From contig CAZDHW010000003.1 in the NCBI GenBank assembly GCA_964505415.1, positions 7,438 to 71,437 of the forward strand: a stretch of DNA of 64,000 nt, read 5' to 3'. Below are positions 37,239 through 47,406 of the stretch, piece after piece. The number at the start of each line of letters is the position of its first letter. Position 1 is the first letter of the stretch. Under the pieces are notes generated by a model that made no database searches, had not been told where the DNA came from, and worked only from the letters and a program-made list of their open reading frames with translations. Both the position numbers and the translations under genes were made by a program. This stretch comes from an uncultured bacterium. Lineage in GTDB: Bacteria > Hydrothermota > Tepidihabitantia > Tepidihabitantales > DTDR01.

Positions 37239-38297
37239 ATGAGAAATAAAAGAATTGTTAAAATCGGTGACAAATTAATTGGCGGTGAAGAAAAAATTTT
37301 GGTTCAATCAATGACCAAATGTAAAAGTGAGGATTATTTAAGCCTTATAAGAGAATTAAAAAAATTAGAAAAAATAGGTTGTGAAATCTGTCGGATCGCA
37401 GTAAAAACTGACAAAGCAATAGAAAATCTAAAAAAGATAAAAGAAGAAAAGATTGTTAAAATACCTTTGGTGGCAGATATTCATTTTGATTATCGTTTGG
37501 CAATAAAGGCGATGAAAGCGAAAGTTGATAAAATTAGAATAAATCCTTTCAATATTAAAAAAGAGAAAGAGATAAAAGAAATTATTAAAGTAGCTAAAGA
37601 TTTTAAAATTCCAATACGAATTGGTTTAAATGCCGGCGGAATAAGGGAAAGAGATGTTGCTATTGAAGAGACTATTTTAAAAAAATTAGAAGAGACGGTT
37701 AGACTTTTTGAAAGTGAAAAATTTTATGATATTGTCCTTTCGGCAAAAGTGAGTGACCCCCAAAAATTGATAATTATTTATGAAGAAATTGACAAAAAGT
37801 ACCCTTATCCAATTCACTTAGGACTAACTGAAACTGGTTTACCCTTTGAAGGGGGAATAAGAAGCGCTGTGAGTATGGGGATTTTATTACACAAAGGAAT
37901 TGGCGATACGATAAGGGTTTCCCTTACCGGTGACAGTACTTTAGAAGTTCTTGCTGGTTATGAGATTTTATCTTCCTTAGGATTAAGGGATGATTTGCCG
38001 ATGATTATTTCTTGTCCAACCTGTGGCCGGTGTGAAGTCAATTTAGAAAAGATAGTTAAAGAGATAAAAAGGGAAATTTATAAATTAAATATAAAAAAGA
38101 AAGTAAAAATTGCGGTGATGGGTTGTGAAGTTAATGGTCCAGGTGAAGCCAGTCATGCCGATTACGGTATTGCTTTTGGGAAAAATTCCGGTATAATCTT
38201 TGTTAAAGGAAAAATTGTTAAGAAAGAAAAATTGGAAAATATTATTAAAGAATTTTTAACATTTATTTTAAAGGAGGAAAAGAATGGCAAAGATTAA
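37239..38297 (+). CDS. ispG: HMBPP synthase
   Basis: VQSMT, VADIHFD, HLGLTE, GIGDTIRVSL, SCPTCGR and MGCEVNGPGE motifs. Confidence 0.95.
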   Translation: MRNKRIVKIGDKLIGGEEKILVQSMTKCKSEDYLSLIRELKKLEKIGCEICRIAVKTDKAIENLKKIKEEKIVKIPLVADIHFDYRLAIKAMKAKVDKIRINPFNIKKEKEIKEIIKVAKDFKIPIRIGLNAGGIRERDVAIEETILKKLEETVRLFESEKFYDIVLSAKVSDPQKLIIIYEEIDKKYPYPIHLGLTETGLPFEGGIRSAVSMGILLHKGIGDTIRVSLTGDSTLEVLAGYEILSSLGLRDDLPMIISCPTCGRCEVNLEKIVKEIKREIYKLNIKKKVKIAVMGCEVNGPGEASHADYGIAFGKNSGIIFVKGKIVKKEKLENIIKEFLTFILKEEKNGKD

Positions 38298-40380
38298 AGA
38301 GGTAATTAAAAGGGATGGCAGAATAGTTCCTTTTGAATTAGAAAAGATTGAAAAAGCAATTGAGAAGGCATTAATTGCCACTAATAATTATCAAGCAGGC
38401 TTGGCAAGAAGATTAGCCGAAAAGGTTTTGGTTATTTTGGAAAAAGATTTTGAAAAAGGTCTTCCTCAGGTTGAAGATATTCAAGACCGGGTAGAAAAGG
38501 TATTGATTGAGGAAGGTTATGCTGAGACGGCTAAGGCTTATATTTTATATCGAAAGGAAAGAGAAAAATTAAGGGAGATAAAAACCTTTTTAGGCGTTAA
38601 AGATGATTTAAAATTAAAATTAAACGCCATTACTGTTTTGAGGAATCGTTATCTTTTAAAAAATGAAGAAGGGGAAATAATAGAGACACCAAAGGAACTT
38701 TTTTATCGAGTAGCAAAGGCGATTGGTGAGGTTGACAAATTATATAAAGAGGATGAGAAAAAGACAATCGACCAATTTTTTATGATGATGAGGGAGTTGA
38801 AATTTTTACCCAATTCGCCAACTTTGATGAATGCTGGAACTGAACTGGGCCAACTTTCGGCTTGTTTTGTTTTACCGATTGAAGATTCTATGTATAGTAT
38901 TTTTGAAACATTAAAAAATATGGCTTTAATCCATCAATCGGGTGGGGGAACCGGCTTTTCTTTTTCCAAGATAAGACCAAAAGGCGACATTGTAAAATCA
39001 ACAAAAGGAATTGCCAGTGGTCCAGTTTCCTTTATGAAAGTTTATGATGCGGCTACGGAAGTAGTAAAACAAGGAGGAAAACGCCGAGGTGCTAATATGG
39101 GAATTTTAATTTATAACCATCCGGATATTTTGGAATTCATTACTGCTAAAGCTAAGGAAGGAGTTTTAACTAATTTCAATATTTCGGTGGCAGTAAGTGA
39201 TGAATTTATGGAAAAGGTATTAAAAAATGAAGAATACGATTTAATCAATCCGAGAAACAACCTTGCGGTTGGTCGGCTAAAAGCTAAAAATGTTTTCGAT
39301 TTGATTGTTACCCAAGCTTGGTCAACAGGTGATCCGGGATTAATCTTTATTGACGAGATAAACCGTCATAATCCGACACCCGCTTTAGGAAAGATTGAAG
39401 CCACTAATCCTTGCGGTGAACAACCACTTCTACCTTACGAATCTTGCAATCTTGGTTCAATAAATTTGGCAAAATTGGTAAAATATAAAAATGGTGAACC
39501 TTATTTCGATTGGGAAGAATTTAGAGATTTAATCCATTTAGCGGTTCATTTTTTAGATAATGTGATTGATGCCAATAAATATCCGTTAAAAGAGATTGAA
39601 GAAGTTACTAAAGGAAATAGAAAAATTGGTTTGGGAATAATGGGTTTTGCTGATATGTTAATAAAACTAAGAATTCCTTACGATAGCGAAGAGGCAATAT
39701 TGTGGGCAGAAAAAATCGGTAAATTTTTAACTGAAGAGGCCAGAAGAAAATCGGTAGCAATCGGATTAAAAAGGGGTTCCTTTCCCAATTTTCAAAAAAG
39801 TATTTATTATAATAAATATCCTGCCTTAAGAAACGCCACGGTTACTACTATCGCTCCCACTGGTACTTTAAGCATTATTGCCGGCTGTTCCAGTGGAATT
39901 GAACCTATTTTTGCCTTGTCCTATATCCGGCAAGTTATGGGAGGCATAAGATTATTTGAAATCCAGGAAGATTTTGAAAGGATATTAAAAGAAAGAAATC
40001 TCTATTCAAACGAATTGATAAAAGAGATTTCTCAAGTTGGTTCCATAAGAGATTTTAAAAATCTGCCGGAAGATATAAAAAAAATCTTCGTTACCGCAAT
40101 GGATATTTCGCCAATTTTTCAAGTAAAAATTCAAGCTGCCTTTCAAAAGTATATTGATAATGCAGTTTCTAAGACAGTAAATTTGCCACCCCAAGCAAGC
40201 TTAGAGGATGTGCGAGAAGTTTTTTTGACTGCCTGGCAATTGAAGTGCAAAGGAATTACTGTTTTTCGTTACGGAAGCAAAAAAGAACAAGTTTTCTATA
40301 TTGCTCAACCCGAAACTGGTTTTTTAACTATTCCCGAAGATTATTCTGGTCCTTGTCCCAGCGGTGATTGTGTGAGCTAA
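38284..40380 (+). CDS. nrdJ: Class II (adenosylcobalamin-dependent) ribonucleotide reductase with ATP-cone
   Basis: VIKRDG ATP-cone; [32 protein letters not shown] and TIAPTGT; C-terminal Cys pair CPSGDC. Confidence 0.93.
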   Translation: MAKIKEVIKRDGRIVPFELEKIEKAIEKALIATNNYQAGLARRLAEKVLVILEKDFEKGLPQVEDIQDRVEKVLIEEGYAETAKAYILYRKEREKLREIKTFLGVKDDLKLKLNAITVLRNRYLLKNEEGEIIETPKELFYRVAKAIGEVDKLYKEDEKKTIDQFFMMMRELKFLPNSPTLMNAGTELGQLSACFVLPIEDSMYSIFETLKNMALIHQSGGGTGFSFSKIRPKGDIVKSTKGIASGPVSFMKVYDAATEVVKQGGKRRGANMGILIYNHPDILEFITAKAKEGVLTNFNISVAVSDEFMEKVLKNEEYDLINPRNNLAVGRLKAKNVFDLIVTQAWSTGDPGLIFIDEINRHNPTPALGKIEATNPCGEQPLLPYESCNLGSINLAKLVKYKNGEPYFDWEEFRDLIHLAVHFLDNVIDANKYPLKEIEEVTKGNRKIGLGIMGFADMLIKLRIPYDSEEAILWAEKIGKFLTEEARRKSVAIGLKRGSFPNFQKSIYYNKYPALRNATVTTIAPTGTLSIIAGCSSGIEPIFALSYIRQVMGGIRLFEIQEDFERILKERNLYSNELIKEISQVGSIRDFKNLPEDIKKIFVTAMDISPIFQVKIQAAFQKYIDNAVSKTVNLPPQASLEDVREVFLTAWQLKCKGITVFRYGSKKEQVFYIAQPETGFLTIPEDYSGPCPSGDCVS

Positions 40381-40709
40381 TTTTTGGGAAATTTTAGCAA
40401 AGCTTTTATAGCAATAATAATTGTCGTATAAAATATTGAGAAGATCAAACTGATAAGCCATTCTTTTTTTATTTCTTTCTTAGAAAAAAAATTTAAACTT
40501 CCTTTAAAAAGTAGAAGAATACCTAATAGATTTGTTAACCAATAAAAAATGATTGTTGCTAAAAAGAAAAATTTTTTATTTATTAAAGAAAACAAAAAAC
40601 CAAAGAAATAGGCAATAGGAAGATTAATGAAAGCATCATTCCAAAAAGAAAAAGGGGATAAAAGATAGCCAATAAAAGCTAATAAACTACCTTTAATTTT
40701 TCTATTCAA
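40377..40709 (-). CDS. Small conserved-looking membrane protein
   Basis: GYLLSPFSFWNDAFINLP motif; 3-4 TM; starts 12 nt after the tmRNA 3' end. Confidence 0.65.
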   Translation of the reverse strand: MNRKIKGSLLAFIGYLLSPFSFWNDAFINLPIAYFFGFLFSLINKKFFFLATIIFYWLTNLLGILLLFKGSLNFFSKKEIKKEWLISLIFSIFYTTIIIAIKALLKFPKN

Positions 40710-40720
40710 AAATTTCTTTA

Positions 40721-41074
40721 TGGAGGCGGCGGGAATCGAACCCGCGTCCGGAGTGTTTCGGGTTTAGGCTCTACATGGTTAGTCGGTTTATTTTTCTCGC
40801 AAGGTTCTTCGCCAACCGACAGGCAGAACCTTGCCAGTTGCCTTTTAAGATCCGGTCTTCCTTCGGCAACTAAAAGAAGACCTTAAGCATCCATTTTTAA
40901 CCTCAACTTAGGTCGGATGCGAACCTAAGCGAGGCTGCTGCTTTTAATTAAGCAGCAAGGGCGTAACTACCAGTGTTGGCAGTTGTTTTTTCCTCTATTT
41001 TTTACGGTAAAATAGAGGAAAACCGCCATGCTCCTAAACCCTGCCATCACCCCGTCGAAACCCATTTCGCCCCC
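40721..41074 (-). ncRNA. ssrA: tmRNA; tag ANTGSYALAA*
   Basis: 5' GGGGGCGAAATGGGTTTCGACGGG; 3' GGACGCGGGTTCGATTCCCGCCGCCTCCA; tag reading frame 40980-40948. Confidence 0.96.
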
Positions 41075-41119
41075 ATATTTATAAATATAATTAAAATTAA
41101 AAAAAATGTCAATAAAAAA

Positions 41120-41743
41120 CTATTTAATAATACCGAGCCAATCCCTTAAAAGAAAAGTGAGCCGGCCAATTAACAATGATATTCTTGCCATTACCGTATA
41201 ACCAAAAGAGGCACCAAAACCAAGCATTATAAAAATAATACCTGAATAGGCAAGATGTTTTAAAACTCCTTTTCTTTCGGTAGAAAAAAAGAAATAGATG
41301 ATGGTAGAAATAACGCCAAAAAAGATGATTATTGAAGAAATACCATTAAAGATATTAGTAAAATTACTTCTTTGTAAAATTGTGGCTTTAGCCTGTTCAA
41401 TAATAGCGGCTTCAATTGTTCGGGGAATAGCTGCTCCCGCACCATAACCAATAACAAAGGCAATAGGAATTCTTACCAACCAAGATAAGCGAGGGATAAA
41501 CCGGGTAAAATATAAGGCACCGATAAAGGCAAATATCAAAAGATATAGTTTTTCACCTTTTGATAGGGGGTTTATTAAACTGGGAACAATAATGCGATGC
41601 CAATAAAAAGTGATTGCGTAGCCATTGGTAATTCCTATAAAAAGATGTTCACAAAAGCGATAAAAAGGATTATCTTTATAAAGAAAGGAAAATATTCCCA
41701 AAGTTAATAAAGCCGCAATCCATACCCAAATATCAGTGCTCAC
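41120..41743 (-). CDS. Uncharacterised multi-TM protein (gene 4 of DUF6754 operon)
   Basis: About 6-7 TM; TLGIFSFLYKDNPFYRFCEH and MLGFGASFGYTVMAR; GTGA overlap with upstream gene. Confidence 0.8.
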   Translation of the reverse strand: MSTDIWVWIAALLTLGIFSFLYKDNPFYRFCEHLFIGITNGYAITFYWHRIIVPSLINPLSKGEKLYLLIFAFIGALYFTRFIPRLSWLVRIPIAFVIGYGAGAAIPRTIEAAIIEQAKATILQRSNFTNIFNGISSIIIFFGVISTIIYFFFSTERKGVLKHLAYSGIIFIMLGFGASFGYTVMARISLLIGRLTFLLRDWLGIIK

Positions 41744-42594
41744 TTTTTCTTTTTATAAAAATAGATAAAATTACCTAAAATGATTAATAAAATTATGGTA
41801 AGATGGGCGGTAGTCTGAGCAGACATTGCTTCGGTTGCTTTTCTTCTTCCTTTTATTTTGAAATTTTCTTCCACCAATTCTTCGTATTCAGCACCACCAC
41901 GCATACCGGCAAGCAGTCCAGTTAATTGTCCAGAATTTAAATAGGGATAATAATCAGCGGCGGAAACCGCAGTAAAGCCGGCGCCAACTTTTACCCCAAA
42001 AGTAGTTTGGGCATAAGTGACATACCACATTGGTATTGCCGAACCAGAAATAGAAACAACGATACCGACATCCCGATAGTTTTTTATTTCTTTTAATAAG
42101 GGAAGGGTATCAGTCCTATTTCCATAATAATCCACGGGAAAGACCTTAGTAATACTTTCGCCCATTCCTAATAAAGGCACTAAGGGCGGTGTTTGCCAAC
42201 CTAAAAAGACATAATCTCTTCCGTAAATAATGCTATCTTCATTATTAATTGCCTTTTCATTAAACTCTTTGGTTACTACTCTTAAGGCATCTTCCGCCAA
42301 TCCCAAACCTAATAAGGTTAATGTTAAAACCCCCACTTTTATTTTTCTACAAAAAGCATGCCTTAATAAGGCAATAGTCATTGGTTGTAATTCGGCTTCC
42401 GTATCCGGAGTATAGTCAACAGAAATTAATAAGGCTTTATCTTTTGGTATCTTATCGATATAGTCAAATAAACTTTTTACTGGTTTCATTGGCAATGGTT
42501 TTAATTTAAAAGGTTTTAAAAGGGGGATAACGATTACTAAGGTTAAAATCAGATAGATATATTTTCTACTTACCGCCAAGCCAACCCCTTTCAA
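41740..42594 (-). CDS. Uncharacterised membrane-anchored protein (gene 3 of DUF6754 operon)
   Basis: N- and C-terminal TM flanking a soluble domain; DYTPDTEAELQPM, YGRDYVFLGW and GLLAGMRGGAEYE. Confidence 0.8.
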   Translation of the reverse strand: MKGVGLAVSRKYIYLILTLVIVIPLLKPFKLKPLPMKPVKSLFDYIDKIPKDKALLISVDYTPDTEAELQPMTIALLRHAFCRKIKVGVLTLTLLGLGLAEDALRVVTKEFNEKAINNEDSIIYGRDYVFLGWQTPPLVPLLGMGESITKVFPVDYYGNRTDTLPLLKEIKNYRDVGIVVSISGSAIPMWYVTYAQTTFGVKVGAGFTAVSAADYYPYLNSGQLTGLLAGMRGGAEYEELVEENFKIKGRRKATEAMSAQTTAHLTIILLIILGNFIYFYKKKK

Positions 42595-43222
42595 TACCTA
42601 AAAGAATTTTTAACGATGTTGATAAGACACCTAAGGTAATACCGAATAACATTCCCCTTTTGGCAGCGGTATTAGGTACATCTAATATCCATTCGGAAAT
42701 ATAAAGAAGTTTTGGTAGCAGTCGGGCTATTGGTGGGACACTGGCAAGCATCACAATGAAAGCAGCTATTAATAACAAAACTGCTTCAAAATTTCTTGCC
42801 CGAAAAGCCCGAAAGGCAGCGGAGGCCATAAAATAGGCAAGCAAAGAAAACATTGTTGCTCCTAAGGGAATTGCCATATTCACATAAATTGTTTGAATAT
42901 CAAAATTGAATTTACCAATCTGCATCTTAATTAATCCCTTTCCATCAATACCTCCAAAAAGACCAATAAAAGCAGTTAAAAAAAGACTGATTAAAGTAAC
43001 ATAACTATACTTAAAAAATTCCCTTTTTCTCTTTATTTTTTCTAAATGGTGACGGATAATACTGCCAACACCTAAAGCCAAAGAGAAGGCAAAAATTATT
43101 CTCAAAGCGGTATTTCGCCATTCATTATCAAAATCTTGAATAATCTTATGGGGAACATAATAGGCAACCATTCCCATTATTCCCATTATTAAACAGATAA
43201 CCAAAGGTAGTTTTACTTTCAT
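42566..43222 (-). CDS. Uncharacterised multi-TM protein (gene 2 of DUF6754 operon)
   Basis: About 6 TM; ATMFSLLAYFMASAAFRAFRAR and WILDVPNTAAKRG; ATGA overlap. Confidence 0.8.
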   Translation of the reverse strand: MKVKLPLVICLIMGIMGMVAYYVPHKIIQDFDNEWRNTALRIIFAFSLALGVGSIIRHHLEKIKRKREFFKYSYVTLISLFLTAFIGLFGGIDGKGLIKMQIGKFNFDIQTIYVNMAIPLGATMFSLLAYFMASAAFRAFRARNFEAVLLLIAAFIVMLASVPPIARLLPKLLYISEWILDVPNTAAKRGMLFGITLGVLSTSLKILLGIERGWLGGK

Positions 43223-44292
43223 TTGATAACTAAATTAAAAATTAAGGCAAAAATAGAAGCAATAATGAGAAAGATTATTATTAAAAGTTTTCCGTAATCC
43301 TGACCTTTTAAAGAACCTAAAAGAATTGGTTCCTTAGAGAGATAAGCAGAAGCGGCGTACAATTCTTCACCAATTAAAGTATAATCACAGGCAACAATAA
43401 AAAATGGCAATTGGGTTATGGAATCGGTGGCGGCAATTTGGATTGCTTGCGTTTGGGCACCAGTTTCCGCCAAGATTAATGATTCGGCATAAAAATAACC
43501 ACAAAAAAAATTGGTTGCTGGTCTTTCTCTCACCATAATACCGTCAACACCAGCCGCATAGGCAAATTGGGAATCAGTTAAATAAAATACTGAATCTTCC
43601 TTAAAGGCATCAGGCCGCCCCACACTGGTATAGGCCTCTTTTACCACTTCCCGAGCAACCGTAAAGACAATGGGATCACTATTAGGAACAATCAATTTTA
43701 TATCATATTGGGCAATCTTTTTTGCCACTTCCCCTAAAATATTTAAAGCGGCAATTGTGGCTACATCGGACATACCACTTAAACCTGGGACAAATAAGAC
43801 TGGTTTTCCCATCTCAGTTGCTCGACCAACCGCCTCTTCAACGGCACTTAATCCGGGAATCCTGCGGATAAAAAGTTCAATTTTTCTTGATTTTTTAATA
43901 AAATACAAAATTAAAAAACCAAAGATAAAAAATGATAACAAAACAATCAACTTACTTTTATTAAACCATTGGGGATAACTTCTTGCCCAATTAGAAACAA
44001 AAGAAAAAACCTTTATTTTTCCCTTTACACTTCCTACTTGATAACAATAACTTATTCCGTCAATAGTTTTATCATCAACAAATTGATTTCTCTTCGGACC
44101 AACAAAACCAATTTTATAAAAAGTATCTTCCTTTTCGCTTCTTCTTAATATCTCATAACCATCTAAAATTGAATCCGCAGGTGATAAATCCCAAGTGATT
44201 AAAATTTTATTACCACCATCATTAGGGTTATCAACAGCTTTTACATTTTTTGGTGGCTCAATTAAAAGCGGGAAAAGAAAAAACAAAACCAT
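43219..44292 (-). CDS. FN3-like domain + DUF6754 domain membrane protein
   Basis: FN3-like N-term (DNPNDGG...ITW..GYEILR); IRRIPGLSAVEEAVGRATEMGKPV and DYTLIGEELYAASAYLS. Confidence 0.8.
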   Translation of the reverse strand: MVLFFLFPLLIEPPKNVKAVDNPNDGGNKILITWDLSPADSILDGYEILRRSEKEDTFYKIGFVGPKRNQFVDDKTIDGISYCYQVGSVKGKIKVFSFVSNWARSYPQWFNKSKLIVLLSFFIFGFLILYFIKKSRKIELFIRRIPGLSAVEEAVGRATEMGKPVLFVPGLSGMSDVATIAALNILGEVAKKIAQYDIKLIVPNSDPIVFTVAREVVKEAYTSVGRPDAFKEDSVFYLTDSQFAYAAGVDGIMVRERPATNFFCGYFYAESLILAETGAQTQAIQIAATDSITQLPFFIVACDYTLIGEELYAASAYLSKEPILLGSLKGQDYGKLLIIIFLIIASIFALIFNLVIK

Positions 44293-44394
44293 TTAAGAAT
44301 TATAAAATCTCTTAATAAAAATTCAAGTTAAAAATATTTGACTTTAACCAAATATTAAATATAATTTTTAAAAACAACATTAAAAGGAGGAAAG

Positions 44395-44817
44395 ATGAAA
44401 GCATCAAAAGAATTGTTGGAAATGTTAAATCAAGCAATTGCTCGGGAATTACAAGTATCTATTCAATATATGTGGCAACATGTCCAATGGAAAGGAGTTA
44501 AAGGTTTTAGTGTTAAAGATGAACTAAAAAAAATTGCCATTACCGAAATGAAACATGCGGAAGCTATTGCCGAGAGATTAGTTTATCTTGGTGGAGTGCC
44601 AACAACTAAACCTGAGCCAATTTTTGTTGGCAACACCTTAAAAGAGATGTTAGAACAAGATAAGAAAGATGAGGAGAACGCCATTATTCTTTACAAAAAG
44701 ATAATCGAAAAAGCCCGGGCGGAAAACGATGAGACCACAAAAAGACTGTTTGAAAGCATCTTAGCCGATGAAGAAGAACATCACGATATATTTACTTCCC
44801 TTTTAGAAGAAATTTAA
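44395..44817 (+). CDS. Ferritin-like/bacterioferritin-family protein
   Basis: E..QY, EMKHAE, EENA..Y and DEEEH diiron ligands. Confidence 0.88.
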   Translation: MKASKELLEMLNQAIARELQVSIQYMWQHVQWKGVKGFSVKDELKKIAITEMKHAEAIAERLVYLGGVPTTKPEPIFVGNTLKEMLEQDKKDEENAIILYKKIIEKARAENDETTKRLFESILADEEEHHDIFTSLLEEI

Positions 44818-44837
44818 AACTTAAAGGAGGTTAAAAA

Positions 44838-45443
44838 ATGAAAAAATTTTACTCTTTACCACCTTTACCTTATTATTTTAAAGATTTAGAACCTTATCTT
44901 TCCGAAGAACAGCTAAAAATCCATTACGAAAAACATCATCAGGCTTATGTGAATGGTGCTAATGCCATTTTAGAAAAACTGGATAAAAGTCGGGATGAAG
45001 GAAGTGAGATAGACATTAAGGCATTCCTAAAAGAACTTTCTTTCAATATTGGTGGCCATTTACTCCATTCTTTATATTGGTATAACCTTTCACCGGCCAG
45101 TAAAACTACCGAAATTCCTGAAGGGATAATCAAAGAAAAAATAGACAAAGAATTTGGCAATTTTGAAAGGTTTAAAAAAGAATTTATCAAAGCAGCACTA
45201 ACCGTTGAAGGCTCAGGTTGGGCCTGTTTAACCTATTGTAAACAGACTGACCGACCAATTATTATGCAGGTAGAAAAACATAATACCAATGTCTATCCCA
45301 TGTTTAGGATTCTTCTTGTCTGCGATGTCTTTGAACATGCCTATTATCTTGATTACAAAAACGACCGAGCAAAATATTTAGAAAACTTCTTCAAAATTAT
45401 TAATTGGGAAGCAGTAAATAAGAGACTTTTAGAAATTTTATAA
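44838..45443 (+). CDS. sod: Fe/Mn superoxide dismutase
   Basis: [24 protein letters not shown] and [11 protein letters not shown] motifs. Confidence 0.93.
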   Translation: MKKFYSLPPLPYYFKDLEPYLSEEQLKIHYEKHHQAYVNGANAILEKLDKSRDEGSEIDIKAFLKELSFNIGGHLLHSLYWYNLSPASKTTEIPEGIIKEKIDKEFGNFERFKKEFIKAALTVEGSGWACLTYCKQTDRPIIMQVEKHNTNVYPMFRILLVCDVFEHAYYLDYKNDRAKYLENFFKIINWEAVNKRLLEIL

Positions 45444-45515
45444 ATTTTTCCTTTTTAATTTATCGCTTTGCGATTAAAAACCTACTTCTTACCTATCAAA
45501 ATGGCAGAAAGAATA

Positions 45516-46463
45516 ATGAAAAATTTTCCTTTTTTAATATCTTTTTTAATTTTCACCTATGGATTTTCTGACACTATTCCTAAGGAGAAAAATTATCGGA
45601 CTTATTTTATTGTTAGCGAAGTTGCTCAAGGGATAACGGTTTATTCTTGGTTATTACCTTTCGGATTGGGATTAAAAGGTAAAGGAGCAGTTGCCTTAGG
45701 GTTATGGGCGCCCGCAATTTTTTTTATAGGCAGTTATTCAACAAAATATGTAAAAAGCGAAGGAACTCCTTTACAATGTTTTTTTGGTGGAATAGGCGGG
45801 ATGGCGAGGGGTTTTTTCCTTTATCCCAAAGACGGTAATCCTAATACTATTCCTCTCTTTTTAAGTTTAGGCGAAAATATTGGTGGGTATTTTTTAAGTG
45901 AGAAAATGAAATTTGGTTTAGCAGCTCCTTGGCGTTTTTTTAATTTTAATCTTTTAGGATATTCCCACGCGGCAATGTTTAATATTTTAACCCAAAAAAG
46001 ATGGGAGGATTTCCGTTATGTTTATCCTTTATTATCAGTAATTGAAGGTTATGGCGGTAGTATTTTTTTACATAAAGAAAATGATGTCACTTTTGGCGAT
46101 GCCTTTACCGAACTGGAATATATGAGATTGGGAATTACCACACCTTTAAGTTTTTTAAAGGGAATTCAATTGTTAAAAGAAAAATCAATAAGTGAAAAAA
46201 TTTATGCTTTCTCTTCTTTTACTGGAAGTTTGTTAGGTATTTATTTTGGCCATCAATTAAGTAAAAAAAGAGACTTAACTTTTGGGCAGGCTCTTCTTAT
46301 AAATTTTGCTCCTCGAATTATTGAAGGAATGATATTAGGGACTACGATTTTAGTGGCAAAAGATTTTACTAAAAAAGAATGGGGAATAACTTTACTCCTC
46401 ATAAGTATTTCCGATCCAATTGGAACTTTTCTTTTTGATAAATTTTTTACTTCTGGCTTATAA
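45516..46463 (+). CDS. Hypothetical membrane protein
   Basis: Signal-like MKNFPFLISFLIFTYGFSD; Gly-rich hydrophobic segments; start uncertain (45468/45501/45516). Confidence 0.55.
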   Translation: MKNFPFLISFLIFTYGFSDTIPKEKNYRTYFIVSEVAQGITVYSWLLPFGLGLKGKGAVALGLWAPAIFFIGSYSTKYVKSEGTPLQCFFGGIGGMARGFFLYPKDGNPNTIPLFLSLGENIGGYFLSEKMKFGLAAPWRFFNFNLLGYSHAAMFNILTQKRWEDFRYVYPLLSVIEGYGGSIFLHKENDVTFGDAFTELEYMRLGITTPLSFLKGIQLLKEKSISEKIYAFSSFTGSLLGIYFGHQLSKKRDLTFGQALLINFAPRIIEGMILGTTILVAKDFTKKEWGITLLLISISDPIGTFLFDKFFTSGL

Positions 46464-47406
46464 GATATTTAAAACCTTTTAAACTTGCCTTTGCCCCTTC
46501 CCCACAAGCAATAATTATCTGTTTATCTTCAATAGCGGTACAATCACCACAGGCAAAAATCCCAGGGATATTTGTCTCACAATTACAGTTAATGATTATT
46601 TCTCCTTTTTCGTTTAAATTTAAAAATCCTTTTAAAAAATCAGTATTAGGTTTCGTTCCAGCTTCAATAAACACTCCGCTAACTTTTATTTCGTATTCAT
46701 TGTTATTTAATAGATCATAAACTAAAATTCCTTCAACCTTTTCTTTTCCCAAAATACTTTTTGGTAAATGTTTTAACAGAATAATAACGTTATTAAACTT
46801 TTTTAATCTTTCCACTAAAATCGGCTCAGCTTTTATTTCACTTTTTACAAGAAGATAAACTCTTTGACAAACTTTTGCTAATTCAATAGCACTAGTTATT
46901 GCGCTGTTGGCACCGCCAATCACTGCCGTATCTTTATTTTTAAATAAAGGAGCATCGCAAGTAGCACAATAACTAACTCCTTTTCCTAAGAGCTCCTTTT
47001 CATTTTTAATATTTAAAGGCTTTGGACTCCGGCCGGTAGCAATAATTACTACTCTGCTTTTATATTCTTTATCATCAGTCGTTTTTACATAAAAAATATT
47101 TTGCTCTTTTCTAATTCCGTTTACTTCCGTCCCTAAACCTAAGGCAATGGGAAAATAACTCAAGTGGTTGGTGAATTTTTCAATCAGTTCTTTAGCGGTA
47201 ATAGATTTAAAGCCTGGATAATTTTCAATTTCACTGGTCCATAAAACTTGCCCCCCTAAATCTTTGGTTAAAAGTAAAATTTCTAAATTTTTTCTCGCCG
47301 CATAAATAGCAGCAGTAATTCCCGCAGGTCCACCGCCGACAATAATAAAATCATATAAAATATTTATATTCGGTTGTTTAAAATTGAAATTTAATAAAGA
47401 AAACAT
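46447..47406 (-). CDS. Thioredoxin reductase/AhpF-C-terminal-like flavoprotein
   Basis: GGGPAG, IENYPG, SYCATCD and GIFACGDC...KQIIIA motifs. Confidence 0.88.
   Translation of the reverse strand: MFSLLNFNFKQPNINILYDFIIVGGGPAGITAAIYAARKNLEILLLTKDLGGQVLWTSEIENYPGFKSITAKELIEKFTNHLSYFPIALGLGTEVNGIRKEQNIFYVKTTDDKEYKSRVVIIATGRSPKPLNIKNEKELLGKGVSYCATCDAPLFKNKDTAVIGGANSAITSAIELAKVCQRVYLLVKSEIKAEPILVERLKKFNNVIILLKHLPKSILGKEKVEGILVYDLLNNNEYEIKVSGVFIEAGTKPNTDFLKGFLNLNEKGEIIINCNCETNIPGIFACGDCTAIEDKQIIIACGEGAKASLKGFKYLISQK

Noticed and set aside
38200-40380. Cobalamin riboswitch or intein associated with nrdJ (also intein in dnaE)
   Set aside because: nrdJ overlaps ispG with no leader; protein lengths and motif spacing are normal
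40377-40725. Genomic island integrated at the tmRNA 3' end (or at tRNA-Glu)
   Set aside because: No duplicated 3'-end att sequence or integrase seen; housekeeping genes resume after a single ORF
44321-44343. ATTCAA-N11-TTGACT as a third copy of the 1360/1420 operator
   Set aside because: Fully explained by back-to-back -35 boxes of divergent promoters
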